A stretch of DNA of 64,000 nucleotides from Heteronotia binoei (lineage: Eukaryota), in assembly GCF_032191835.1 (NCBI RefSeq), contig NC_083229.1, positions 14,012,001 to 14,076,000 of the forward strand, in the 5' to 3' direction. The notes under the pieces are model-generated. The model was not told the DNA's origin. It made no database searches and worked only from the letters and a program-made list of their open reading frames with translations. Position numbers and translations under genes: made by a program. Below are positions 45,511 to 58,496 of this stretch, piece by piece (position 1 is the stretch's first letter; every line of letters begins with the position of its first letter).

Positions 45511-45858
45511 AGTCAAAAACGACTGGTGCTTGCACAGGGGACCTTTCCTTTCCTCCCCTCCAAGTGCTAACCAGGGCTGACCCTGCCTAGCTTCCAAAAC
45601 TGGGCTAGTCTGTTAGCCAGTGTGAAAAGAGGGGGGGGGGATCCCAATGGACTGCTCTTTACCCCCAAAAGGCGATGTTCCTATAGTCAAAAACGACTGG
45701 TGCTTGCACAGGGGACCTTTCCTTTCCTCCCCTCCAAGTGCTAACCAGGGCTGACCCTGCCTAGCTTCCAAAACTGGGCTACTCTGTTAGCCAGTGTGAA
45801 AAGAGGGGGGGGATCCCAATGGACTGCTCTTTACCCCCAAAAGGTGATGTTCCTATAG
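45511..45858 (+). repeat. 174-bp direct tandem duplication containing a SINE tail and a 5S rRNA-derived segment (copy at 61035-61383)
   Basis: AGTCAAAAACGACTGG...GATGTTCCTAT at 45511-45684 and 45685-45858. The reverse complement of 45552-45598 resembles 5S rRNA GGAAGCTAAGCAGGGTCGGGCCTGGTTAGTACTTGGATGGGAG. Confidence 0.85.
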
Positions 45859-46519
45859 CCCCTGTGCAAAACCAACCCAGAAGAACACCCAGCAACAGCC
45901 CACAAGACAAACTTTCTCCAGGGCACACAGCAAGCCCTGGTAATCAAACTGTTTAAAGGAAGAATGCTCCCTCGACGCGCTCAGCTCTGCTCAGTCGATC
46001 CACCCGATGCTCCACAAACGGCCCAGACAGCCCCGACGCGTCAGGAGCTCACATACAAGCTCCAAGCCTTCCAAAAACGCCGGGAAGACTGCCGCGGCGT
46101 CGAATGGGGCATCAGCAACAGCACTAGAAGCGTGCCGAAGATTCCGCTCTCCCTCCAGGGGGGGCAAAACTTCCCCCTCAGCCACGCTGCGATGCAGTGG
46201 GCTTCAGGAGGCTTCATTCCCACCGAAGCGGCTCAGGGCGGCTTACAACATACAAAATCTAACATAAAGTTTGGTTTTAAAAATACATCAATTTTCAACA
46301 ATTTAAAACAGTAAAATAGTAAAACATATGGAACAAACGATCGGCCAAAGTGCTACACTACAACCTTCCATAAAGTTTCCAATGTCAGTTAGTTATAGGC
46401 CAGCCGGAAGAGGGCTGTCTTACAGGCCCTGCGGAACTGCCCAAGGTCCCGCAGGGCCCTCACCTCTTCCGGCAGCTGGTTCCACCAGCAAGGAGCCATT
46501 ACCGAAAAGGTAAAAGCAC

Positions 46520-47260
46520 TCTGACCTCAACCCCTCCTTCTACCCTGGGGGATGGGCCTATATCAGGGGTGGCCAACGGTAGCTCTTCAGATGTTTTTTG
46601 CCTACAACTCCCATCAGCCCCAGCCAGCATGGCCAAGGGCTGGGACTGATGGGAGTCGTAGGCAAAAAAGCATCTGGAGAGCTACCATTGGCCACCCCTG
46701 GCCTATAGGAGTGCCTGCCTGCCTGGGGCCACCATTCCCCTACCCCTAACCTGGCCCTAGGCGGTCACTGCAACCTTTTTCCTACTCTTGTTGCCTTGTG
46801 TGTTGGCTGCTGGCTGGCCCCTGGCTGGCTTGGTGTCTCTGGGCATCATGGCATGCTAGGAAACAGTCTCACATTGGGCTACTGAGGTTCCCTCCCCAAC
46901 ACTTCCCTTGGCACAGTCTGGAGGCCGCTGTCTCCTCAGAGGCATGTGAAGGACGACACCAGGTAAGACCCTGGATGCATATTTATTTGGTAATTTTTTT
47001 CTATTGAGTTGCCCCCTGTTGTTAACATCACATACTGAGAACTCAGCAACTCAGAGTACAAAAATAACCACACCCCAGATGGTAATCATCTTCTGCAGAA
47101 AATAAAGGGAAATAAGAAGCCCACACAGCTGGTTCCTTGTTCATTGCCCATCTCAGTGCCCTGAAGGTCTACTTTCAAAGCTTCCTTGAAGGACACCTTT
47201 AAGGCTTTGGAGTCATCTTGAACAGTTGACGTTGGGGTCATTCCAGAAGAGGTAAGTATG
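46520..47260 (+). promoter_or_regulatory. Orphan upstream module, copy B (MITE 46564-46700)
   Basis: Duplicate of 31010-31750 with the same donors and acceptor. Confidence 0.55.
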
Positions 47261-50200
47261 AGATATCCTTATGGCCACTTTTTTGCCTGTCTTTAGAATC
47301 ATTGGCATTAACTACATAGCTTTTTAACTTATAAAGCAGAGATGTGATCTATTGGAAATCAATTAACGCCATGAGGAGTCAAGAGAAGGGAAAGCTGCCA
47401 TGGAAGTGGAGTGGCTAACAAGACAACAGATGGGGGGAGGGTGCAGGGGTAGACAACAGAGTTGTGGGGAGTGGAGGCAGGGGATCAAGGATGGGATGGA
47501 TAGGCATTATGGAGAACTAGCATGATGTAATGGTTGAACGTGTTAGATTGTGACCTGGATGTGGGTTTTGTATCCCACCTTCTTCTCCACATGAGGCCTG
47601 GCTGGGTGGCCTTGGGCCACTCACAGTTATCTCAGAACTCTTTCAGCCTTACCTGCCTAACAAGTTGTTGGTTATGGGTAGAGGAAGGAATGGTGATTGT
47701 AAGCTGCTTTGAGATAAGGTGCAACAAAGTGGAATATGGAAATTTTGTCTTCTTCTATGGCTACGCCTGTAGCTGCCACAACTCCCTTTGGGTGAAGAAG
47801 TACTTACTTTTATCAGTTCTAACCTGACTGCTCAGCAATTTCAATGAATGTCCACGAGTTCTTGTATTGTGAGAAATGGAGAAAAGTAGTTCTTTCTCTA
47901 CCTTCTCTGTCCCATGCATAATCTTGTAAACCTCTTGTAAACCTTCACTACTGAGTGTGTCCTCAACTGGGAATTGCTTTAGAGATACACAGTAGACTCA
48001 TAGTTTTATTTGCTCATGCTTCTGGACTGCCTGTTTATTTGTTTACACAGTCGGTATGATTTTTGCATACATTCTTCTGATGGTTTTGTATCCATGCTTT
48101 TTCATTTGTATTCTTAATTCACATATCTGATTCAGTTTTGCAGTTTGCTTTTGTAGTGTATGGAGCATATATAAACTGCTTAATGCCTGTCAGTAGGAAG
48201 ACACAGAGTCCAAAATGTTTCTGATATGCATTAAGCAGTTTATATATGCTTCCCTGTTGTGAGGAGAGGAAGGGAAGGAGATTGTACGCCACTCTGAGAT
48301 TCCGAGTGAAGGGTGGGGTATAAATCCAACTCCTACTACGGCCTTTTTTCTTTGTTTCTTTTTGAAGGAATACACAGTTCCCACTGACTTGGCATCAGGG
48401 AGTGTGTCCTGATATGCAGATGAGTTCCAGCTGGGCTTTTTCTATAAAAAAAGCCCTGTGTGAAACACTAGTGATGTCAGGGGGTGTGGCCTAGGTGGGG
48501 TAGATTGTAAGCCACTCTGAGACTCCAAGTGAAGGGTGGGGTATAAATCCAACTCCTATTCTTACTCATAGCTCTTTTTTTTTTTTGAGCAGGAATGCAC
48601 AGGAACGCAGTCCTAGCTGGCTTGGCATCAGGGGTGTGGGCTAATATGCAAATGAGTCCCTGCTGGGATTTTTCTAGAAAAAAAAGCCTTGCTCCTACTC
48701 CTCGCCCTCGCCCTCTTCCTCCTCCATATTAATGAGTTCTATGCAAATCTTTCAAATGTGTAGTTTCCCCTAACTATTGCATACCAGTATGATAAACAGA
48801 ATTATTCATCTCAACTCCTGGAAGACTCTGGGAAGCGGAGCCTGTAGTAGGAGGACATCATGGATCCTGTGAAAGTGGTCACATGCCTCACAAAACACCT
48901 TCCACTAGGGCTGTCAATCCCCAGTTGGGGGCAGGGGACCCCCTGTTTTGAAGCCCTCCTCCCACTTCAGGGTCATTAGAAAGTAGAGGGAGGGGGAAAA
49001 TATCTGCTGGACACTCCATCATTCCCTACGGAGACCTATTCCCATAGGGTATAATGGAGAATTGATCTCCAGCTATCAGAATCATAGAGTTGGAAGGTGC
49101 CTCTAGGTTCATCTAGTCCAACCCCCTGCACAATGCAGGAAACTCACAAACACCTCCCCCGAAATTCACAGGATCTGGAGCTCTGGGAGGGCTACTCTTT
49201 GTGGTAGAGGCCCTAAATTTGCAGCACAGCATCTGGTGCCTCCCCCCAAATACTCTCCAAGTTTTTTTTAAAGAAAAAGATTGTACCAGGGAGTCCAATT
49301 CTGTGAGCCCCAGAAGAGAGGGCATTTAAAAGGAGCATGGTCCCTTTGAATGTGATGGCCAGAACTCCCTTTGGAGTTCAATTATGCTTGTCACAATCTT
49401 GGTTCTGGCTCCACCACCAATGTCTCCAGGCTCCACCCCAAAGTCCCCAGATATTTCTTGAATTGGACTTGGCAACCCTAATTCTCACAATCTCTATTAT
49501 GATAAGTTTAAGGAAGTCCCCAGAGTGCTGCAGAGGCTGCCAGGTCACTTCCACCAAGCTGGCAATGGGCAGGGAAGGACATCGAGTCAAAGCGGAAGCC
49601 TGTAGATAGATGAGGAAGAATGAAGGTTTAGGGTTTAGTTATTTGATTTATATCCTGCCCTCCCCGCCAGAGCAGGCTCAGGGCACCTCACAACAATAAA
49701 TGAAACCATCAATCGGGGAGGGACGATGGCTCAGTGGTAGAGCATCTGCTTGGTAAGCAGAAGGTTCCAGGTTCAATCCCCGGCATCTCCAACTAAAAAG
49801 GGTCCAGGCAAATAGGTGTAAAAAACCTCCGCTTGAGACCCTGGAGAGCCACTGCCAGTCTGAGAAGACAATACTGACTTTGATGGACCGAGGGTCTGAT
49901 TCAGTATAAGGCAGCTTCATATGTTCATATGTTCAATTTAAAAATTGCATAACATTAATATGACAATTTAAAATCCAATCATTAAAACAATCTGGTGCTG
50001 ATATCACATGTTGTTCTTCCGCTTCCGATGGCTTCAGTATTCTTACATTTTCTCCCGCAACGGCGGTAACTTAAGATCAATTAAAGGCTAACTGGAAGAG
50101 TGTGGTTTTACAGACCTTGCAGAACTGTTGCCAGCTCCGTGCTGGAAAATTCCTGGAGACACGATACAGTCTGGAGGCCATTCTCCCCTGCAGACTACAG

Positions 50201-52919
50201 ACTGCAAATTTATACCCCGCCCTTCTCTCTCTGAATCAGAGACTCAGAGCAGCTTACAATCTCCTTTATCTTCTTCCCCCACAACAGGCGCCTGCGAGGT
50301 AGGTGGGGCTGAGAGAGCTCTCACAGCAGCTGCCTTTTCAAGGACAACTCCTGTGAGAGCTATGGCTGACCCAAGGCCATTTCAGCAGGTGCAAATGAAG
50401 GAGTGGGGAATCAAACCCGGTTCTCCCAGATAAGAGTCAGCATGCTTAACCACTATACCAAACTGGCCCTCAGAGGTATGTGGGAGTAAAAGGGCTGACC
50501 CTGGATAAATTCTTATTTGGCAATATTTTTTCTATAGAATTGGCCTCTGATGTAAACATCAGATAGTGAGAAATCAGGAACTTGGAGTAGAAAGATAACC
50601 ACACCCTTCATGGTTATTGTTATCTGCAGAAAACTAAGGGAAATACGAAGCCCAAACACCTTGCTCCTTGTTCATTACCCGTCTCCATCTCTGTGCCCAC
50701 AAGTTCTACTTGCAAAGCTTCCTTGAAGGACACCTTGAGAGCTTTGGAGTCTTCTTGATCTTTGACGTTGGACTGTTGCAGAAGAGGTAAGTTTGAGATA
50801 TTCCCATGATCACTCTTTTATTTGCCTTAGGAGAACATTGGCGTTAACTACGCAACTTTCTAACGTATGATACAGAGATCTGATCTATTGGAATATCTAT
50901 TAATATCATGAGGAGTCAAGGAGAGGGGAAGCTGCTATGGAAGTAGCTGGCTGACAAGAGACCAGATGGGGGAGTGGACAAGACGACGAAGTTGTGGGGA
51001 GAAGAGACAGGGGGGCAGGGATGGTTGGACAAGCATTATGGAGAGCCAGCATGATTTAGTGGTTAAAAGTGTTGAGTTGTACCCTAGAGAAATGGGTTTG
51101 ATACCCCATTCCTCCTCCTTGTGAAGCAAGCTGGGTGACCATGATGGTGAGAGGTCTGGAGACAAAGTCCTATGAGGAAAGGTTGAAGGATCTGGGGATG
51201 TTTAGCCTAGAGAGGAGGTGGCTGAGAGGTGATATGATCACCATCTTCATGTACTTGAAGGGCTGTCTTATAGAGGATGGTGTGGAATTGTTTTTTGGGG
51301 CCCCAGAAGGTAGGATCAGAATCAATGGGTTGGAATTAAATCAAAAGTTTCCGGCTCAACATTCGGAAGAAATTCCTGACCATTAGAGCAATTCCTCAGT
51401 GGAACAGGCTTCCTCGGGAGGTGGTGGGCTCTCCTTCCTTGGAGGTTTTTAAACAGAGGCTAGATGGTCATCTGACAGCAATGAAGATCCTGTGAATTTA
51501 GGGGTAGGTATTGTGAGTTTTCTGCATTGTGCACGGGGTTGGACTAGATGACCCTGGAGGTCTCTTCCAACTCTATGATTCTATGACCTTGGGCCAGTCA
51601 GAGTTCTCTCAGAACTCTCTCAGCCTCTCCTGTCTCACAAGTTGCTTATTGTTGGGAGAGGAAAGAAAGGTGAATGTAAGCTGCTTTGAGTCTCCTTAAG
51701 GAGACTGAGGAAAGAAAGGAAGGTAGAGGGGGAGGAGAAGTTGCAGGCTAATGTTGAGAGTAAAGGGAGGAGGGAAAAATGGGAAAAAATGGGAGATGGA
51801 AGTGTCTTAGGAGACAGATATCATGATTCTGGTGTCAGAAGCCAGAAGAAAGTGAGTGAATTTCCCTGTGAGTTTCTCAAAGGTCACTTCTAGATCCCTT
51901 CAGTTTCTTGACTGATTAAGAAAAGGCTATTCTTGAGTGCTCAAGTGGTGACTTTGTACATGTTGTCAAAGAGTTCTGAAAAGAAGATATTGAAGAATAT
52001 ATTGGATTTATATCCTACCCTATACTCTGAATCTCAGAGTCTCAGATCGGTCACAGTCTCCTTTACCTTCCCCTGGCCCCACAACAGAAACCCTGTGAGG
52101 TAGGTGGGGCTGAAAGTGCTCTTACAGCAGCTGCCCATTCAAGGACACCTCCTACAAGAGCTATGGCTAACCCAAGGCCATTCCAGCATCTACAAGTGAA
52201 GGAATGGGGAATCAAACCCGGTTCTCCCAGATAAGAGTCCGCACACTTAACCACTACACCAAACTGGCTCTCCAAAAGTGGAGTTTTCATGAGTCAGAAG
52301 ACAAAAAAAGTTTTCTACTCTTTGTCTACAGTTTTTCAGGAATGATCCTTTGGGTGAGGGCTACAATCCCAGAGAATTCTATATCAACTGGATGTGGTGA
52401 GTTAATTCTGGGAAATTATTGTGCCTTTAGAATACAAACACTTTCTCTTATTTTGTGGAAATGTGTGATACTGGCTCCTTTGTATGATGCGTACAGTCCT
52501 TGAGAATTTCATCCTGATTGATTAACAGGGGTAGAAAATCCGAGAGGGCGTCTATAGAGAAAGAGTTGTTGTGTAAATTCCTGTCTTCATGTATGTTTTG
52601 CAAACCGTTTCTGTCCTAGAAATAGCTTTTGTGGTCATAATAGAAGAAGTGGATTTTTGAATATTTATTGATTCTTTGAATATTTAGAATATTTTATTTA
52701 TTCTTTGAATATTTTATTTATTAATTGAATATTTAGAAAATATTTATAAGTTTCACCATTTCAATCTTAATTCAATCATATATTTCTTCAAATGATCCGA
52801 TGTTTATGGCAAAAGGGCAAAAAATTATTTGCTCATTTCCTTGAAATAAAACATTACCTTTCTTGTCTCTTCTCTCCTGCTAGGACTGTCTATAAAACAA
52901 AAGGCCGAGATTGCCTGCA

Positions 52920-53900
52920 ATGGCCAATTTCAGCAAGACATCCGTGTCTTCTGTGAATTATGGACCACAATGTGCTGCTATGTACAATAATACTCTGTCA
53001 TCGACTCACAATATTTCCAACAGTGGACCAGAGGAGAATTCCAGTTCTGATTTTATCTTCATGTTATATAGTTGCATCTTCGCGTTATATATTTGCATCA
53101 TTGGACTTGTGGGGAATGGAATTGTCATCTACCTTCTCGGTTTCCGCATTAAATGGAGCCATTTCACTATTTACATCCTGAACCTGGCTGTTGCTGACTT
53201 TGGGAATCTTCTGTTCCTTAATCTGAGTGTTATTTTAATACTGACGAACACAGGAAGCGAACATGGGTTTACAGCTGTTTCATGGTTTGCCTTATTCATG
53301 TATACTGCGAGTCAACTTCTATTGACCGCCATCAGCATTGACAGGTGTGCCTCTGTCCTCTTCCCCATCTGGTATCGATGCCGTCGGCCACCACACCTGT
53401 CCACCATGGTGTCTGCCCTGTTGTGGGTTCTCTCCTTCCTGTCCTCCGGCAGTGGAATAATTTTGCAGCATTTTGGGGCATACGGGACATTTCATTTTAC
53501 ATTTATTGCAGGTTCTGCTGTTTTCTTCCCTCTGATCATTATCTCCACCATGATTCTGTTGTTCAAAGTGTACTGTATATCGCAGCAGCCTCAGAGAGGA
53601 AGAGTTCTAACCATCGTGTTAATTACTCTCCTTTTCTACTTAATCTTTGCTTTCCCCACGAATGCTATTTACACACTCAATTATTTTGCTGATTATAACT
53701 ACGTCCATCTAGAAATATATGGCGACTTAGGCGCCTGCCTCAACAGCTGTGTCAACCCGGTGATCTATTTCCTGGTTGGGAGGAAGGAGATGGGTCAACA
53801 AAGGCAGAGCCTGAAGGTTCTACTCCAAAGGGCTTTCCAGGAGGAGGAAGAGCAGACAGAGCAACAGGAACAGGGCAACACAACCCAGACATCAATCTGA
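52920..53900 (+). CDS. MAS1/MRGPR-family GPCR, 326 aa, intact (copy B)
   Basis: Protein identical to 37399-38379 except P->R in ICL2 (CCG->CGG, 37865 vs 53386); acceptor AG 52882-52883. Confidence 0.95.
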   Translation: MANFSKTSVSSVNYGPQCAAMYNNTLSSTHNISNSGPEENSSSDFIFMLYSCIFALYICIIGLVGNGIVIYLLGFRIKWSHFTIYILNLAVADFGNLLFLNLSVILILTNTGSEHGFTAVSWFALFMYTASQLLLTAISIDRCASVLFPIWYRCRRPPHLSTMVSALLWVLSFLSSGSGIILQHFGAYGTFHFTFIAGSAVFFPLIIISTMILLFKVYCISQQPQRGRVLTIVLITLLFYLIFAFPTNAIYTLNYFADYNYVHLEIYGDLGACLNSCVNPVIYFLVGRKEMGQQRQSLKVLLQRAFQEEEEQTEQQEQGNTTQTSI

Positions 53901-56900
53901 TACCACCATCATATCAAAATGCATCTTGCTTTGCTGAAAAAATTGCAATTGTCACCCTCTGACCTTGTCCCTCCCACATGCCATAAATCTCAGAGCTCCT
54001 TTGGTTCACAAGACCTCATCCAGCCAGAGGAAAACTGAGGATTTGTCTTGTACAAAGTCAGTACACCGTGATCCGGAGGATGCACAATCTATTGCATCTC
54101 CAGAGATGATGGTTTCATATCCATGCTTTTTCATGTGCATTCTTATTTCATGTATCCGATTCAGTTTTGAAGTTTGCTTTTGTAGTGCATTGAGCATAAA
54201 CGCTTCCCAATAAACGGCTTAATTTGTATCAGTAACATTTTGGATTCTGTGCCTTCCTAGTGACAAGCAGGTACCCACCAGAGTAGAAGTCACCCACAGG
54301 AAAAGAGACCTCCTCCTTAACATGACCAAATCAATAAGGATGATGTGCAATGAATTGCATCTCCTGCCCACACCCAAATTCACGTGAAATCAGTGTCCCA
54401 GGAATCCATGTCCCATGAAAATACTCATTCAAGAATTGATCCTGCAACTCTTTAAGATCCCTCTCACACAGTCCATAGGAAGCAAACGTTATTCTTAGAA
54501 CTATAAATTGGCTAATCTATGCTGCGCTAAAAAGTGCAGAGATGGAATGGCTCAGTGGTAGAGCATCTGCTTGGCACGCACAAGCTATGAGGCTCACCTC
54601 CAGGCATCACTAGGCAACAGGTGATGGGAATCAGGTAGGAGGTGATGGGAAAGATCTCAGCCCTGGATACCATCACCACCATGCAGAAGCATGAGGCCCA
54701 CTGCCAGTCTGAGTAGGCAAAATTAACTTTGAAGGACCGATCATTTGATTCAATATAAGGCAGCTTCATATACGTATCCATGTGTCCTGCACAATACAGA
54801 CCTGCCTAATCACCTAATCAAATTCTTAATCAACAGGATGACTTCACCTTCTACCCTTCTACACGGCTGGAAGCAACTGAATTATCCAAAGTTTCAGATT
54901 TCTTAAACTGGCTACAAAGACATCTGACCAGATTGGTGTAGAGCAGGGGTGGCCAACGGTAGCTCTCCAGATGTTTTCGCCTACAACTCACATTAGCCCC
55001 AGCCATTGGCCATGCTGGCTGGGGCTGATGGGAGTTGCAGGCAAAAAACATCTGAAGAGCTACCGTTGGCCACCCCTGGTGTAGAGGTTAAGAGTGGCAG
55101 ACTCTAATCTGGAGAACAGGTTTGATTCCCCACTCCTCCACGTGAAGCCTGCTGGTAACCTTGGGACAGTCACAGTCCTCTCAGAGCTCTCTCATCCCCA
55201 TCTACCTCACAGGGTGTCTGTTGTGAGAAGTGGAAGCGAAGGAGATTGCAAGCTGCTCTGAGACTCTAAGTGAAGAGCAGGTTATGAATCCAACTTCTCC
55301 TCCTCTTCCTTCTCCTCCTTCTCCTCCTCTTCCTCCTCCCCCCCCCCTCTAAATGAATGAGTTCTATGCTGTAGCAAGGACTATTCATACTTTTCAGATG
55401 TGTAGGGTTTCCTAATTATTACCTACCAATTATAATAAGCAGGACTATTTATCTCACTGCAGTTCCCATGAGCCTTTGGGGATCGCGGCCAGTAGAAGCG
55501 AGAGCATCGTGGATGCTGTGATATCACTCACCCAGAAGGAATATTGAAAGGCAACCTGTGGCTACCAACATGTGAGCATTCCCACCTCCCCCATTGTCTC
55601 ACAACAACAACCCTAGGCTGGCATTATGGGATGGACCCAAAGTCACCCAGTGAGCTCCCCTGGGATAATTGATTTCTCTATTGTTTATTTATTTACATTC
55701 TTTATCATCTACCTTTCTCACTGGCATTCAAGGCAGAATACAAAGAGTGAATCAATACAATCAAAAGGACGGGGCATTTGGCAAGCCATGGCCTAAGATT
55801 TGGGTGTAGAACGAACCTGAAATCTAAAATAGAGGACTGAAGAAAAGCCTGAGTGCTAACTTGTCACTTCAAATGATCCGCAGTTGCTTAACTGATGGAG
55901 AGCCAGTTTGGTGTAGGGGTTAAGTGTGCGGACTCTTATCTGGGAGAACTGGGTTTGATTCCCCGCTCCTCCACTTGCACCTGCTAGCATGGCCTTGTTC
56001 AAATGAATGTCCCAAGGGGAAAATAAGAAATATCTTCCCAACAGTAAGAAAAAGCTCAGAGAATTACCCGGGGCTCTCGGTGTGCCTTCTGCAACTCTTC
56101 ATTATGCACCAAAAACAGGGATGGGAGGGAGGATATTAGATAGTTGGCTGGAGAGTGCAGGAAGTGGGGGTCCTTCGGATACCCTGACTCAAAGCAGTCT
56201 TGAAGGTGAGAAGCAGCACTGTGAATTGTACCCAGAAAGAAATGGACGATGGGCAACCAACCCTTAGAATTGTAGAATCAGGGGCCATACAGACCATCTA
56301 GTAGGGAAGGTTGACTCTCCAGATGTTTTTTTGCCTACATCTCCCATCAGCCCCAGCCATTGGCCATGCTGGCTGGGGCTGATGGGAGTTGTAGGCAAAA
56401 AAACATCTGGAGAGCCAACGTTCCCTACCCCTTAGTCCAACCCCCTGCTCCATGCAGGATCCGCCTAAAGCATCTCCAAGAAATAAACATCCAGCTGCAT
56501 TTTGAAGACTGCCAATGAACGGGAGCTCACCACCTTCCTAGGCAGCTGTTCCTCCTCTGAACTACTCTGACTGTAATTCCCCACCCCACCCCACGCCTAA
56601 TATCCAGCCGGTACCTTTCTGCTTGTAATTTGAGCCCATTGCTTCTGGTCCTATCCTCAGCTGCCAAGTGGGAACAGCTCCTTGCCCTCCTCTAAATGAC
56701 AGCCCTTCAAATACCTAAGGAGAGCAATCATGACCTCAGTGAAGTACAATGCCACAGAGTCCACCTTCCAAAGCATCCCTTTATTCCTGAGGAGCTGATC
56801 TTTCACCAGAGTGCTATGGTCCCTGTATCCACCCCTAACTCTATGTCATCCCCAGGAAAACAGTGTCGGGGAGTGGGACATCACATTGCTGAGGACTTCT

Positions 56901-58496
56901 TTTCAGAAAAATAATAACTCCGAAGAACGCAATATGGTCTTGTCACAGACTACAGCGGGGTCCAGCACACAAATAGGTCCTAAATTCTCTCACTTATGTC
57001 ATTAGCACTTCTGTCTCTTTAGTACCTTTGTGGGTTCAGTGGTCCAGCAGATATGAATTCCTCTGAGGAAGGTCTCTCCAGGCCCGGCACATGAGGTTCT
57101 TGTGCCTCAGGCAGAACCCCAGCATGCCCACCCCAACCTTGGGAGCAAACTATTTGTGCATGCGTGGCGCTATGACATCACTTATAAGTGACCTCATTGC
57201 ACTGGACACAGTGCCTTCTCCTGCCCAGCGTGCTCCGAGTTCAGAGTGCGCTGGGCAGGGGAATTCACATTCTTCCTGGGCCCAGAAAGAACACTGGGCT
57301 CCTACTCTCGTCCAGCGTGCTCTGAGTTTGGACTACGCTGGGTGGGAGAAGCTGTGTTCTTTCTCAGCATTGAGGGATCGGGGGAGCTTCTCCAACCCCT
57401 CAGAGTCAAGAAAGGCTCAGGGACGGAGTGAGCAGGGACGAGGAGGGGGTGCTCACCCCGCCCAAGCTCCTGCCGAGAGCTGGTGCCCCAGGCAGACGCC
57501 TAGTTCACCAATTCCCACGTGCCGGCCCTGGGTCTCTCTATGCCTCCAGAACTCCTATGGGCTTTCAACCTTCTCCTCCTCTTTCAACAGCAGATTCATG
57601 TAAAAGGCATTACTGTTGTTTCATCGGCTTGTGATCAGCATACGACTCAACGCAACCACTTTATGCATCATGAGAAGAAGCCTGCTGATCATATAACATT
57701 GATAGCGAGTGCAACATGGCGTGTTCTTTGCTTTTCTTTTGGTGTTGCAAACTGCTGTGAGCTTTTGAGGAAGAAGAAGGAAAAAAAAAAAAACAGCACA
57801 AAAGGGACTGAATAAATACAGTAGATAAACTCTGCTAGGAGCTCTCAGAATCCTGCAAGTTATTCCGAATTCTTCTACTCAGCAGTCAGTTTGTTGAGAA
57901 CTATAAAAGTATCATGTTTCCCACTAATTTTTCAGGAAGGAGATGCAAACAAACAATTCTATTTGTACCAGTTCCGTGGATGGAGACAGATAAGGAAAAG
58001 AGTTATAACGATATAATATTCTCACATGCACATTTATCTATCCGGGTATTACTTCTAAGATGTTTCCCCTGATATTAATGTCACATAGTGGGGAATCAGG
58101 AACTCACAGTCTGCTGATCATCATCTTCTGCAAAACATACAGAAAGAGACCCATCTTGTTGCTTGTTCATTCCCATCTCTGTCTCTCTGTCCTGAAGTTC
58201 TTGGAGAACTTCCTTCAAGAACACAATTGCAGCTTTGGAGCCTCTTGAACAGCTGACACTGGATCCACTGCAGATAAGGTAAGGTGAAGATATCCCCGTG
58301 ACCACTCTTTTGTTTGACTTAAGAAAAAATGGCACCAGCTACATGGCTTTTTAACTTATGAAAAGAGATTAATTAATTGGGAAATCAATTAACATCATGA
58401 AGAAGGGAGGGGAAATCCAGGTGAGTAGCTGAGTTGGTCATAAAGATGCTATTGCATTACAGAGAGCCAGTCTGATGTAATAGTTAAGAGGGTCAG

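Larger units (their letters stand above)
30706..46216 (+). repeat. 15.5-kb tandem segmental duplication, copy A
   Basis: ORF track and sequence repeat with an offset of 15511-15524 (e.g. 37390/52911, 42916/58438). The junction CTTCATT|CCCACCGAAGCGG occurs at 46217 and 61742. Confidence 0.95.

Noticed and set aside
45552-45598. 5S rRNA gene
   Set aside because: Only ~47 bp of ~120, diverged and embedded in repeats.
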